This document shows positions 1 to 11,415 of a DNA stretch of 64,000 nt, in pieces (positions within the stretch are counted from its first letter, which is position 1; each line of letters opens with the position of its first letter). The stretch comes from Haliotis rufescens (Eukaryota). The notes beneath the pieces are model-generated. The model did no database searches. It was not told the origin of the DNA and was given only the letters and a program-made list of their open reading frames with translations. The position numbers were made by a program, and so were the translations under genes. The stretch is taken from positions 50,778,001 through 50,842,000 of the forward strand of contig NW_025963890.1 of the NCBI RefSeq assembly GCF_023055435.1, read 5' to 3'.

Positions 1-110
1 TTTGTGTTCACTGATACAGTAAGATTTATTGGGTAACTTGTATTGGTGGAGATGGCTACTCGTCAGCCCTTGTTGCTTGATAATACACAGAACGAGGGCA
101 TCCTTAACCT
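1..110 (+). other. 3' flank of an actin paralog lying upstream of the window
   Basis: Near-identical to 8960-9068 plus 9629-9660, the sequence downstream of actin A (ttgggtaacttgtattggtggagatggctac...gcccttgttgcttgataatacaca). Confidence 0.75.
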
Positions 111-846
111 CCACCACATTTGGAAAATTGGAAAACAAATATTCATTCACGCGAGAGAAAAAACGAACAAACAGACAGACAAACCTCCCCTCACACCCTT
201 CATACATCCGGATTAGTGGGGCATTTGATTCCCCAATACGTTTAATTTTCCATTGAAAATTTGCACATATTCACGTGCGTGTAAAACGGGTTGTTCAAGT
301 CAATACGATATTGACTGAATAATCATATATGTTTGCGTGTTTCACGATGGAATAAGGAAACACAGGAATTATTAATGGTAGATATATTTATAAAAAGGAA
401 ACCTACCTCCCCCCCATAAAAAAATGTTGAAAAGGAAGGCAGTTTTATGTATACACCAGTTAATCGGTCAATGCAAAATCGTTGAACCACTAGAGGCGTT
501 CGTACAATCTGAAGCAGACGCGAGAGGCATTCACGCACCACCGGCCATCAGAGCATGTGACAAGTCGCGGTCCGCGCACAGGCTGAGACAGTGGGCGTCT
601 TCTGTACACCTACAGGGACAGAGGTCAGGTATGTTCCAAGAGGCAGGGCGAATATCGGGGTAGTTAGAACGATGTTATACTTGGGTCATACATATTCAGC
701 TATGCATGGCGGGAGATGTTCGGTATGTATATTTCAGAGTTGTCTCCCTTACATGACCTACTTCTATTCATGACCTATTTTATAACTTCCTACTTTGCCC
801 GCCTGTTGATACCTCGGTGGTTGCTCGGCGACAAGTTCGTTCGGTC

Positions 847-1145
847 GTTGGTTGGTTGGTTGGTTTGTTGTTTAACGCCGCACTCAGCAATATTCCAGCT
901 ATATGACGGCGGTCTGTAAATAATCGAGTCTGGACCAGACAATCCAGTGATTAATATCATGAGCATCGATCCACGCAATTTGGATCGTTGACATCAGAGA
1001 CCATCTACTATATGGTCTCTGATGACATGCATCAACCGAGCCTGACCACCCGATCCCGTTAGTCGCCTTTTACGGCAAGAATAGTCACCTTTTACGGCAG
1101 GCATGGGTTGCTGAAGACCTATTCTACCCCGGATCTTCACGGGTC
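847..1145 (-). mobile_element. SINE-like non-autonomous retroelement without tRNA head (family S1)
   Basis: 13-bp target-site duplication agttcgttcggtc (834-846 and 1146-1158); (AACC)n tail; several copies in the window. Confidence 0.85.
995..1021. mobile_element. 27-bp inverted-repeat mini-insertion nested in S1 copy
   Basis: cagagaccat-ctactat-atggtctctg has 10-bp perfect inverted ends, is flanked by ttgacat/atgacat and is absent from other S1 copies. Confidence 0.65.
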
Positions 1146-1340
1146 AGTTCGTTCGGTCACATTCTTATCCTGTCACAGACACGAGCTCGTATATGCACTG
1201 GACCGGTGTCGCGTACAGCATCGTAACTACATCCACAAACGAGACCATGTTCAAAACACGGGAGTCCATATATTATTAAGATTATATTAAGCAGTGCATC
1301 CCACTCAGTCCGTCAGTGGTGAAGGGATTGACAAGGGATT

Positions 1341-1534
1341 AGTCTGGATCAGACAATCAAGTGATTGCCATTATGAGCATCGATCCACGCAACTGGGATA
1401 CGATGACACGTATCAACCAAGTCAGCGAGCCTGACGACCCGATCCCGTAAGTCGCCTCTTACGACAAGCATAGTCGCCTTTTATGGCAAGCATGGGTTGC
1501 TGAAGACCTGTTCTACCCCGGATCTTCACGAGTC
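1341..1534 (-). mobile_element. S1 element, 3'-truncated, at the satellite boundary
   Basis: Same ...ggatcttcacgagtc|acacgttagagtg junction as the copies at 11131-11415 and 52936-53208. Confidence 0.85.
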
Positions 1535-3606
1535 ACACGTTAGAGTGAGTGCAGCATGTAAGGGGAGTTAGTGCAACACTTTGTGGGAGTTAGTGCAACA
1601 CGCTGTGGGAGTTAGTGCACCTTGTTGGTGGAGTTAGAGCAACACGTTGGTGGAGTTAGTGCAACATGTTAGGGGAGTTAGTACAACATGTTAGTGGAGT
1701 TAGTGCAACATGTTAGGGGAGTTAGTGCAACAGGTTAGGGGAGTTAGTTCAACATGTTAGGGGAGTTAGTGCAACATGTTAGGGGAGTTAGTACAACATG
1801 TTAGAGGAGTTAGTGGAACATGTTAGGGGAGGTAGTGCAACACGTTAGGGGAGTTAGTGCAACACGTTAGGGGAGTTAGTGCAACATGTTAGTGGAGTAA
1901 GTGCAACACGTTAGGGGAGTTAGTGCAACATGTTAGGGGAGTTAGTGCAACACGTCAGGGGAGTTAGTGCAACATGTTAGGTGAGTTAGTGGAACATGTT
2001 AGGTGAGTTAGTGGAACATGTTAGGGGAGTTAGTGCAACATGTTAGTGGAGTTAGTGCAACATGTTAGTGGAGTTAGTGCAACATGTTAGGGGAGTTAGT
2101 GCAACATGTTAGGGGAGTTAGTGCAACACGTTAGGGGAGTTAGTGCAACATGTTAGGGGAGTTAGTGCAACATGTCAGGGGAGTTAGTGCAACATGTTAG
2201 GTGAGTTAGTGGAACATGTTAGGTGAGTTAGTGGAACACGTTAGGGGAGTTAGTGCAACATGTTAGTGGAGTTAGTGCAACATGTTAGTGGAGTTAGTGC
2301 AACACGTTAGGGGAGTTAGTGCAACATGTTAGGGGAGTTAGTGCAACGCGATAGGGGAGTTAGTGGAACATGTTAGGGGAGTTAGTGCAACACGTTAGGG
2401 GAGTTAGTGCAACACGTTAGGGGAGTTAGTGCAACACGTTAGGGGAGTTAGTGCAACATGTTAGGGGACTTAGTACAACATGTTAGTGGAGTTAGTGCAA
2501 CATGTTAGGGGAGTAAGTGCAACAAGTTAGGGGAGTTAGTGCAACATGTTAAGGGAGTTAGTGCAACACGTTATGGGAGTTAGTGCAACATGTTAGGGGA
2601 GTTAGTGCAACATGTTAGGGGAGTTAGTGCAACAAGTAAGTGGAGTTAGTGCACCGTGTTAGGGGAGTAAGTGCAACATGTTAGGGGAGTTAGTGCAACA
2701 CGTTATGGGAGTTAGTGCAACATGTTAGGGGAGTTAGTGCAACATGTTAGGGGAGTTAGTGCAACATGTTAGGGGAGTTAGTGCAACAAGTTAGTGGAGT
2801 TAGTGCACCGTGTTAGGGGAGTAAGTGCAACATGTTAGGGGAGTTAGTGCAACACGTTAGGGGAGTTAGTGCAACATGTTAGAGGAGTTAGTGCAACATG
2901 TTAGGGGAGTTAGTGCAACACGTTATGGGAGTTAGTGCAACATGTTAGGGGAGTTAGTGCAACATGTTAGGGGAGTTAGTGCAACAAGTTAGTGGAGTTA
3001 GTGCACCGTGTTAGGGGAGTAAGTGCAACATGTTAGGGGAGTTAGTGCAACACGTTAGGGGAGTTAGTGCAACATGTTAGGGGAGTTAGTGCAACATGTT
3101 AGGGGAGTTAGTGCAACATGTTAGGGGAGTTAGTGCAACAAGTTAGTGGAGTAAGTGCACCGTGTTAGGGGAGTAAGTGCAACATGTTAGGGGAGTTAGT
3201 GCAACACGTTAGGGGAGTTAGTGCAACATGTTAGAGGAGTTAGTGCAACATGTTAGGGGAGTTAGTGCAACACGTTATGGGAGTTAGTGCAACATGTTAG
3301 GGGAGTTAGTGCAACATGTTAGGGGAGTTAGTGCAACAAGTTAGTGGAGTTAGTGCACCGTGTTAGGGGAGTAAGTGCAACATGTTAGGGGAGTTAGTGC
3401 AACACGTTAGGGGAGTTAGTGCAACATGTTAGGAGAGTTAGTGCTACATGTTAGTGGAGGTAGAACAACACGTTAGAGGAGTTAGTACAACACGTTAGAG
3501 GAGTTAGTGCAACATGTTAGGGGAGTTAGTGCTACATGTTAGGGGAGTTAGTGCAACACGTTATGGGAGTTAGTACAACATGTTAGGGGAGTTAGTGCAA
3601 CACGTT
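1535..3606. repeat. 22-bp tandem satellite array 1 (GTTAGGGGAGTTAGTGCAACAY)
   Basis: Exact 22-nt period (e.g. gagttagt at 1741 and 1763); about 2.07 kb; no unique spacers. Confidence 0.97.
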
Positions 3607-4172
3607 TGGTCATGGTCAGGGCAACAGTTTGTTTATGACTGTTGATTATATTGATTATGCATGAGGAGCTCACACTGACACCGGCTTGGTTTTCAAATAG
3701 GTGGCAGTACAGTATTCTATTCACGTGTATAAATCTTTGCTCTATGAATAACACATTCTTACTTAAGCACAGTGTTGTGACGATTGAACGCGCCCTTTTC
3801 TCCAACATAACACAGTATAAACTGAGATTTTTCTTTTTTTCTTAGGGTTAAGTGATAAACAGTATATGTAAACGATTTGCTTTGAGCGTTTTTTTAATAA
3901 TATTTAACCAGTTACCATCTCCTGTAATCGTCTCTGGAGATTGTGATTATTAACACTGAAATATTTTGACTGTCACGAAGAAAATTAACAAAGGCTCCGC
4001 TCGGATTTCACAAAGACCGTATACATGTAGACGCGACAAAACAGTTTTCCAAGAGAGACGTGAATGTAGTATTGAGAATGGCAGATACTCCCCGAGAGAA
4101 TCCGATTGTGTGGCCCCTCAAAAGCCTGTTAACCAAAACACTATTATGTTGCCGATCACTTGTGTCTGTATT

Positions 4173-4210
4173 CCATATGAGGGATACATTGACGACTTGG
4201 AGGTATAAAA
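4173..4210 (+). promoter_or_regulatory. Actin A core promoter: CArG-like box CCATATGAGG plus TATAAAA
   Basis: CArG-like box 4173-4182 (one mismatch to CC(A/T)6GG), TATA 4204-4210, about 80 nt upstream of the ATG; same arrangement at paralogs. Confidence 0.7.
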
Positions 4211-4285
4211 ATCCACCAGTCCTGACTGGTGCTATCAGCTTTAAAGCCCACAGAAGTGAAACACATTTTATCCATTTCTGCCAAA

Positions 4286-4411
4286 ATGTGTGACGACGAT
4301 GTTGCTGCGATGGTTATCGACAACGGCTCCGGCATGTGCAAGGCCGGGTTCGCCGGTGACGACGCCCCCAGAGCTGTCTTCCCCTCTATCGTTGGCCACC
4401 CAACACATCGG
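4286..4411 (+). CDS. act: Actin A (divergent), coding exon 1
   Basis: [42 protein letters not shown] followed by donor GTAAGT at 4412. Confidence 0.9.
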
Positions 4412-5847
4412 GTAAGTATTCTTTAAATGTGTGTGAAGGTTCTTGGACATTGCCATCACTGTTTACTAGTGAGCTATAGGTGTACAGGACCTCGTTAATA
4501 CGGACGGTGGGGTTCCAAGTGAAATCATCCCGTGTTATAGATGTCCGGATTAACGAGTCATTGTTATAAAGAGATGTTCTTTGTGTAAATGCAGACTGGT
4601 ATTGCCAAACAATCCTGAATTCAGGGTTCGGATTAATGAGATATGATTCTTTCTGGGTGTAATAACCGTCGCAGAGCAAAAGGCACCAACCAGCTCTCAC
4701 CAAGTAGTGACCGCGTCAACCTGGGGCCTGACTCTGTAGAAGTCGATGCAGACAAGTGAAGGTCGCCAGCTCGGAGCAATGTCATTATTTGTAGAAAACA
4801 TATAATGATAATTGTTTGTTAAGAAAGTTTTAACGCTCTCTCTTTGAAGGTGGCAATAATAATTATAACTTTGAAAGTTCCTGTGTTACTTATATTACTT
4901 ATAAAACTCGAAGTTCCTGTGTTACTTTTATTAAGTAATTGAGTTACAATTAACCAAAATCAGTTCTAACTGTACTTCTCAAAGAATGCATAGTAATTGA
5001 AATTGAAAAAGCAATTGTTTATATTGTGTGAAGACATGAACAAATTTCCTTTGCTATGCCCTTGGCATTCGGAAGGAAATGCCCCAGCATTAATTGAATT
5101 GTGAGATCATGTTTATTCTGTTGAATTTTATATACTGGCCTTTTCATATGAATCTAATGTTGATCTTTGATTTGTTAAAAGTCACATTCTTTCGCACATA
5201 AAAATGGACTTGAATCGAACCTGTTTTGTTTTGTAACCCACCATTTTCCCACTGAGCCATCCGGGCAGGTGATGATAGGGTGTTCAATCTTATATGTCAG
5301 AAGTTCAGTTGTGTGCATGCTGCCCGTTGTCTTTGTCTCGCACGCTTTTATCGAATTCCTATTATATCCTTTTCTATTGTTTCAATATAACATATCCTGG
5401 TTTTTTTCATTCTTTCTGGCATTTCTTTTAGACAGTTTATAAGTTGGATAAAAAGTCGCCCCAGTTTTGACTGAGAATGTAAGCTCGGGGCACTGGGATA
5501 TTAGGGCTTTCGTCCCTCCTCCACCGAGGAGGTGGTGTTAGTATTTTACTTCGAGGCCTTTCCCTGTCATCGAATTCGTTTTATACCGCTGTGACATTTC
5601 ACTGTAAGTTAACCCGATGTGTTCATATTCTTGTATTTAAACTGGTATGCATGCAGCCGATTGCTGTTTAACACACATTATGTCATTGTTGTAAGAGGTT
5701 AAATCGTCTGTTCTTACACCCAACTACAAGGTGATGTTAACAGATACATAATTACACGACAACAAAGAAGAAATGACATGAAATATTAAAAAACTGGTAT
5801 TTCTTTGTAGGCCAGCGAGTATTATTAGACAATAACCCGTGATTGTA

Positions 5848-6938
5848 TACTTAACAACAAAAGTTCCCGTGACATTGAATAAGATTTAATGCAAAGTTAT
5901 GTTTTTTACCAAATCTGAAACAATTTCGGTTTGCAACAGATTAAAGACACCTGTAAGTGTTCAAATGGTTTCATTCGCCATACTGATTTCGGAAAATGTG
6001 TGATTTCATAAAAAAAACCCATGCAAAAATGTCAATTTACAAATCAATAGCGATTTCCCTCTACCACTATCAAACGGGTCCTCTGTCTTGCTGTAATCCA
6101 ACCCCATACCATAACGCTGCCGCCCTCGAACCGATCTTCTTCTATGACACAATGATTGACGTAACGTTCACCTCGACGTCGGTACACTCGAATCCGTCCA
6201 TCGCTGTGGCTGAGGTGAAAACGAGACTCGTCAGTGAATAGAACTTGTCCCCACTGCATGGCCGTCCAGCGTAGACGCACATCTGTAGACGTGCTTGACG
6301 GTGGTTTCCTGTCAAAATGGGACGTCTGGCGGGTCTTCTGGCGACAATCCCTGCAAATCTGAGGCGACGACGTGACGATATTCGTCGGAGGCCAGGGATG
6401 CCTCTTGCAGTCACTGTTGCTGGCTGGAATCGATTTCGTAGGTGTGCTGTTCGAATCCAGTTGTCTTGTCGATTACTGGTTACGCGTGGCCTGCGTAATG
6501 GTCTCTGACTGCATTCGTCTGTTGCCAACGTTGCCATAAACGCCAAATGGTGTTTCTGTGGACGTTAAATTGTCTTGCAACATCACGTTGACTCGATCAC
6601 GCTTCAAGCAGACCAATGGCTCGCAGGGGCTTATTTCGGACAGGCGTGGCATTTCGTAATGTTGAATAATTGCGTAATTTTGCTGTTTTTCTGAGTGGTT
6701 GTTGTCAGCAAGATGCTAAACATTACATATGGAATCCCGTTAACGCACATGTTTTTATACCCATTCTTGGGTAGTGAAATGCATGGGGCTTGCATAAAAG
6801 TCAACTTTTGCATGGAATGCATGCTTTTCTGCAGCAGTTGCGTTTTTGTGACTTGATTCCATAGATGTACTACAATATTGTACTTGTTTGAAAAATACAC
6901 TAAAACATTGGTGTCACAGGAAGCTTTGTTGTTGAGTA
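5848..6938 (-). mobile_element. Tc1-family DNA transposon, internally deleted and frameshifted (intron of actin A)
   Basis: TIRs tacttaacaacaaaagttcccgtgac / gtcacaggaagctttgttgttgagta, TA flanks, FTDESRF and SVMVWG motifs; C-terminal catalytic region missing; same family as 21963-23487. Confidence 0.92.
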
Positions 6939-7099
6939 TATATTTTATTGAAAATAATTGTGAAATTCTGGTTCCAAAATGATGGTTGCGTTAATGTGAT
7001 GATGTAACTTATATTCACTTTCACACACAATTTTCTTGAAATTCTTGCAGTTACCAAGACAGAGACAATGAGTAAGTTTCACAAAAAAAAATGGAAAGG

Positions 7100-7342
7100 G
7101 GCTTTAGATCGTGGAGCTGCGTCCCTTGGGCACGCCAGAATCCTATGACCGTGAGTTTGAATTCCGGTTCGATATTTGTAGGTTTATCAGCATCATACCC
7201 TTGCTAGTGGGTTTCACCAAAGTGGTAAACGCCTGAGACTTGCATCACTTTCAGGATTTGCTCCAACATCAAACTGACACGCTGTGATATAACTTTAATA
7301 CTGTTCAAAGCGGTGTTATACCCAACTCACTCACTCACTCAC
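7100..7342 (+). mobile_element. Degenerate tRNA-derived SINE (family S2, long A-B box spacer)
   Basis: gcgtcccttgggcacgccaga core shared with 10044-10300; (ACTC)n tail. Confidence 0.65.
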
Positions 7343-7731
7343 ACGCCCCATTCTGTTCCTGAGTATATAGGCTGTATAGGTGTTGTGACGCGCCGTGGAG
7401 ATCGGACTTCTCAGCGTCAATTGAAAACGTCTGTTATTGACACTCTGATTTCATGTATAGAGTTTTAAATCTGTATATGTATCTCCCCAAACTGTGACTG
7501 GGGTTATTGAAGGGGGATTGAGTTATTTGCAGAAAAGGCTCAAGCCATTTAGTAGTTTCAGCACATTTGAATCATGTCCTGAACACACCACTTTTGCCAG
7601 CTACAATATGACATATTGGTCATTCTATTTTTTTTATTGTCAGTGGAGTACGGCTGTGATATTCACATGCAGGTTTGACAATGATAAGAAGTTATTGTAC
7701 AGAATATATATGTTGTCATCAATTTTTCCAG

Positions 7732-8730
7732 GGTGTGATGGTCGGTATGGGACGGGACAGCTACGTCGGTGACCAGGCTCAGTCAATGAGACATAATCTC
7801 ACCCTCAAGTACCCAATCAAGCATGGTATCGTCACCAACTGGGACGACATGGAGAAGATCTGGCATCACACCTACAACGAGCTCCGTGTGGCCCCAGAGG
7901 AGCACCCCGTCCTTCTGACTGAGGCTCCACTCAACCCCAAGGCCAACCGTGAAAAGATGACCAAGATCATGTTCGAGACCTTCAACTCTCCAGCTATGTA
8001 TGTGGCCATCCAGGCTGTTCTGTCTCTTCACGCATCTGGTCGTGTCACGGGTATTGTTCTTGACTCTGGTGATGGTGTCACCCACACTGTCCCCATTGAC
8101 GTGGGTTACGCCCTTCCGCACGCCATAACGAGTCTGGATCTTGCTGGTTGTGGCCTCACAGACTACCTCATTAGGATCCTGACTGAACGTGGTTACTCCT
8201 TCACCACCATTGCCGAACGAGAAATCGTCAGGGACATCAAGGAGAAGTTAGCTTACATTGCTTTAGACTTTGAACAGGAAATGCAGACTGTTGCCTCTTC
8301 CTCTTCATTGGAGAAGATCTACGAGCTTCCCGACGGTCAGGTCATCACCATTGGCAACGAGAGGTTCCGTTGTCCAGAGGCCCTCTTCCAGCCATCCTTC
8401 TTGGGTATGGAATCTGCTGGTATCCATGAAACAACATACAACTCCATCATGAAGTGTGATGTTGATATTCATAAAGACTTGTATGCCAACATTGTTCTCT
8501 CAGGAGGTACCACCATGTTCCCCGGTATCGCCGACAGAATGCAGAAGGAGATCACAGCCCTTGTTCCAGCATCAATGAAGATCAAGATCATCGCGCCTCC
8601 AGAGAGGAAATACTCCGTCTGGATCGGTGGCTCCATCCTTGCCTCTCTGTCCACCTTCCAGCAGATGTGGATCAGCAAGCAGGAGTACGATGAGTCCGGC
8701 CTATCCATTGTTCACAGGAAGTGTTATTAG
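7732..8730 (+). CDS. act: Actin A (divergent, 374 aa total), coding exon 2
   Basis: Acceptor tttttccag at 7731; open frame GVMVGMG...IVHRKCY*; two single-codon deletions (Q49/K50 region and F90), no stops. Confidence 0.88.
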
Positions 8731-9068
8731 GGTCTGAAGTTGGACACGATAGTGACATTTTAGCGAATACTTTTCATCATTGATAAGGCCACTATTAAAC
8801 ATTGTTCTTCTGATTGTTGTCCAAATCTGAAGATACGGAGTGCAACTGTTTTGTTATTGAAATAACTAAGTAAATTGCATCAGGAGCCTTTGTGTATTTA
8901 CTCACATGTTATCATTCATTTGGTATTGATGGCTTGATATGTATCGCACCTGTCATATACCAACAATACAGCTAAATATTTGTATTCATTGATACAGTAA
9001 CATATATTGGGTAACTTGTATTGGTGGAGATGGCTACACGTCAGCCCTTGTTGCTTGATAATACACAT

Positions 9069-9628
9069 TATTATGCCTCAATGTGAGATTGACCAATCAG
9101 TGAGCAAAACTACTAACCCCACATGAAACTGTATACCCTCAGTATAATCCAAGATGGTTGTTACTGACCTGAGACCGTATACCGTCAGTAACAGATTTTC
9201 CAACACCACCCTCACATATTTCACATGAAACTTCTGGCACCGAAATTCGTTATTTGACACTGTTGTGTGTTTTACTATCATTAACTGTGGCGTGCAAGGA
9301 CATTAATCTGTGTTTTAGATCACGTTCTTGACTTTATTGATAAAGATTATGGTTAAAAATTCAACATGGTTTGGCCTCTAAAGTTTGAAGAGTAGTCTCC
9401 CTTTGACCCTTAACCTTCAACGAGCTGTTGTAAGTGTATATGGATATGGATATCAGAGAGTGTAAACGTTTCGGCATCATAAATTCGTTATGGCGTCTTT
9501 AGTTGCTGTATACGGTGTCATATTAGGTTAGCAGAAAAATATTTGGCTCGACTCACGCCTCGCCCATTATTTTTTTCTGCTCATTTAATATAACACCCTA
9601 TACGGCAACTAAAGACACCATAACTAAA
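9069..9628. mobile_element. Insertion ending in a ~140-bp palindromic MITE-like hairpin (9487-9624)
   Basis: Absent from the paralogous site near position 88; gttatggcgtctttagttgctgtata...tatacggcaactaaagacaccataac inverted repeat. Confidence 0.7.
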
Positions 9629-9629
9629 A

Positions 9630-11130
9630 GAATGACATCCTTAACCTCCACTACATGTGGAAAATTGGAAAAACAAATATTTATTCACGCGAGAGAAAAA
9701 CGAGCAGACAGACAGACAGACATTCCTCCCAAACTTCATACATAGTTGGGCGTTTGGTTTGTACAGTCACCAAAACGTTTAATTTTTCCATTGAAATTTT
9801 GCACATTTTCACGTCGATGTAAAACGGGTTGTTCAAGTCAATATGATATTGACTGATTATTCATATACCAGGGTATGTTTGCGTGTTTCACGATGGAATA
9901 AGGAGAAACTGAATTATGAAGGTAGATATATTCATAAAAAGTAAACCAACACAAAATCACAAAAATGTGAAACTGTTGAAAAGGAAGGCGGTTTTATTCA
10001 TACTCCAGTTAATCGGTCAATTTAAAATAGTGTGAAACCGCAAGAGTGAGTGAGTGAATTGGTTTTAACGCCGCTTTTAACACTATTCGAGCTATATCAG
10101 GGCGTGTCAGCTTAATCTGGGAGGAAAGACCAAAGTGATACGGGTCTCAGACGAGAGACGGTAGGTGCTGACAAACCTAGAAACATAATCGGGGCGAACC
10201 GGGATTCGAACCCACAATCATAGGTTTCTGGTCTGCCCAAGGGACGCAACTCTGCACAGCGAATCGTGGCGCCTTAGACGACTGGGCCACCCGTACCCCC
10301 TCATACATGTATCACACAAAAAGAAAAAAAGAAAAGAAAAAAAAAAGATGTTGTAAAGGAAGGCGGTTTTATGTATACACCAGTTAATCGGTCAATGCAA
10401 AATCGTTGAACCGCTAGAGGCGTTCGTACAATCTGAAGCAGACGCAAGAGGCCTTCACGCATCACCGGCCAGCAGAGCATGTGACAAGTCGCGGTCCGCG
10501 CACAGGCTGAGACAGTGGGCGTCTTCTGTACACCTACAGGGGCTGAGGTCAGGTATGTTCCAAGAGGCAGGGAGAATGATATCGGGCTAGTTAGAACGAT
10601 GTTATACTTGGGTCATACATATTCGGCTGTACATAGTGGGCGATGTTCGGTATGTGTATGTCAGAGTCGCCTCCCTTACATGACCTACTTCTATGACATA
10701 TTTTATAACTTCCTACTTTGACCGCCTGTTTTCATGTCAGTGGTTCCCCAGCGACAAGATCGATGAGCCACATTCTTATTCTGTCACAGACTTCTATGAC
10801 ATATTTTATAACTTCCTACTTTGACCGCCTGTTTTCATGTCAGTGGTTCCCCAGCGACAAGATCGATGAGCCACATTCTTATTCTGTCACAGACACAGTG
10901 TTATATGCTTGGGACCGGTGTCACGACTTTACGTACAGCATCGTAACTACATTCACAAACGAGAACATGTTCAAAACACGGGAGTCCATATTAAGATTAT
11001 ATTTAGCAGGTGCCTCCCACTCAGTGGGGAAAGGATTGACAAGGGATTAGCTGAGAACGTCTCTTTGCAGGCCAGGCTTCTGACGACTGGGACCACCCCC
11101 CGAGGTGTTATAGGAGTTAGTGAAACACGT
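9630..11130 (+). repeat. Pre-satellite duplicated block, copy 2 (candidate promoter/non-coding exon of gene B)
   Basis: Homologous to 100-1340 and 52377-52935; donor-like gaggtcag|GTATGT near 10553; internal ~100-bp tandem duplication near 10690-10890. Confidence 0.85.
10044..10300 (-). mobile_element. tRNA-derived SINE (family S2)
   Basis: Minus strand has A box tggcccagtcgtctaagg, B box gggttcgaatccc and (ACTC)n tail. Confidence 0.8.
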
Positions 11131-11415
11131 TGGTGTGTTTGTTTGTTTATTTGTTTGTTTGGTTGTTGTTTAACGCCGCACTCAGCAATATTCCAGCCAT
11201 ATGACGGCAGTTAAATAATCGAGTCTGGACCAGATAACCAGTGACTGACATCATGTGCATCGATCCACGCAACTGGGATACGATGACATGCATCAACCAA
11301 GTCAGCGAGCCTGACCACCCGATCCCGTAAGTCGCCTCTTACGACAAGCATAGTCGCCTTTTACGACAAGAATGGGTTGCTGAAGACCTATTCTACCCCG
11401 GATCTTCACGAGTCA
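11131..11415 (-). mobile_element. S1 element inserted after the first satellite monomer
   Basis: Full-length copy, same insertion point as in arrays 1 and 3. Confidence 0.85.

Larger units (their letters stand above)
100..1340 (+). repeat. Pre-satellite duplicated block, copy 1 of 3
   Basis: Aligns by eye with 9630-11130 and 52377-52935 (tgacaagtcgcggtccgcgcaca...gaggtcaggtatgttccaagagg...aaacacgggagtccata). Confidence 0.9.

Noticed and set aside
1535-3606. CRISPR array or true interstitial telomere (also 11416-12982 and 53209-54600)
   Set aside because: Head-to-tail 22-mers with no unique spacers and no cas genes in eukaryotic DNA; TTAGGG occurs once per monomer, not as (TTAGGG)n.
5295-5596. 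Solo LTR (tgtca...tgaca)
   Set aside because: Flanks ttata/tttca do not form a TSD and there is no second copy in the window.
10515-11214. Protein-coding exons in the pre-satellite block
   Set aside because: ORFs have different frames and indels among the three copies and no recognisable domain.
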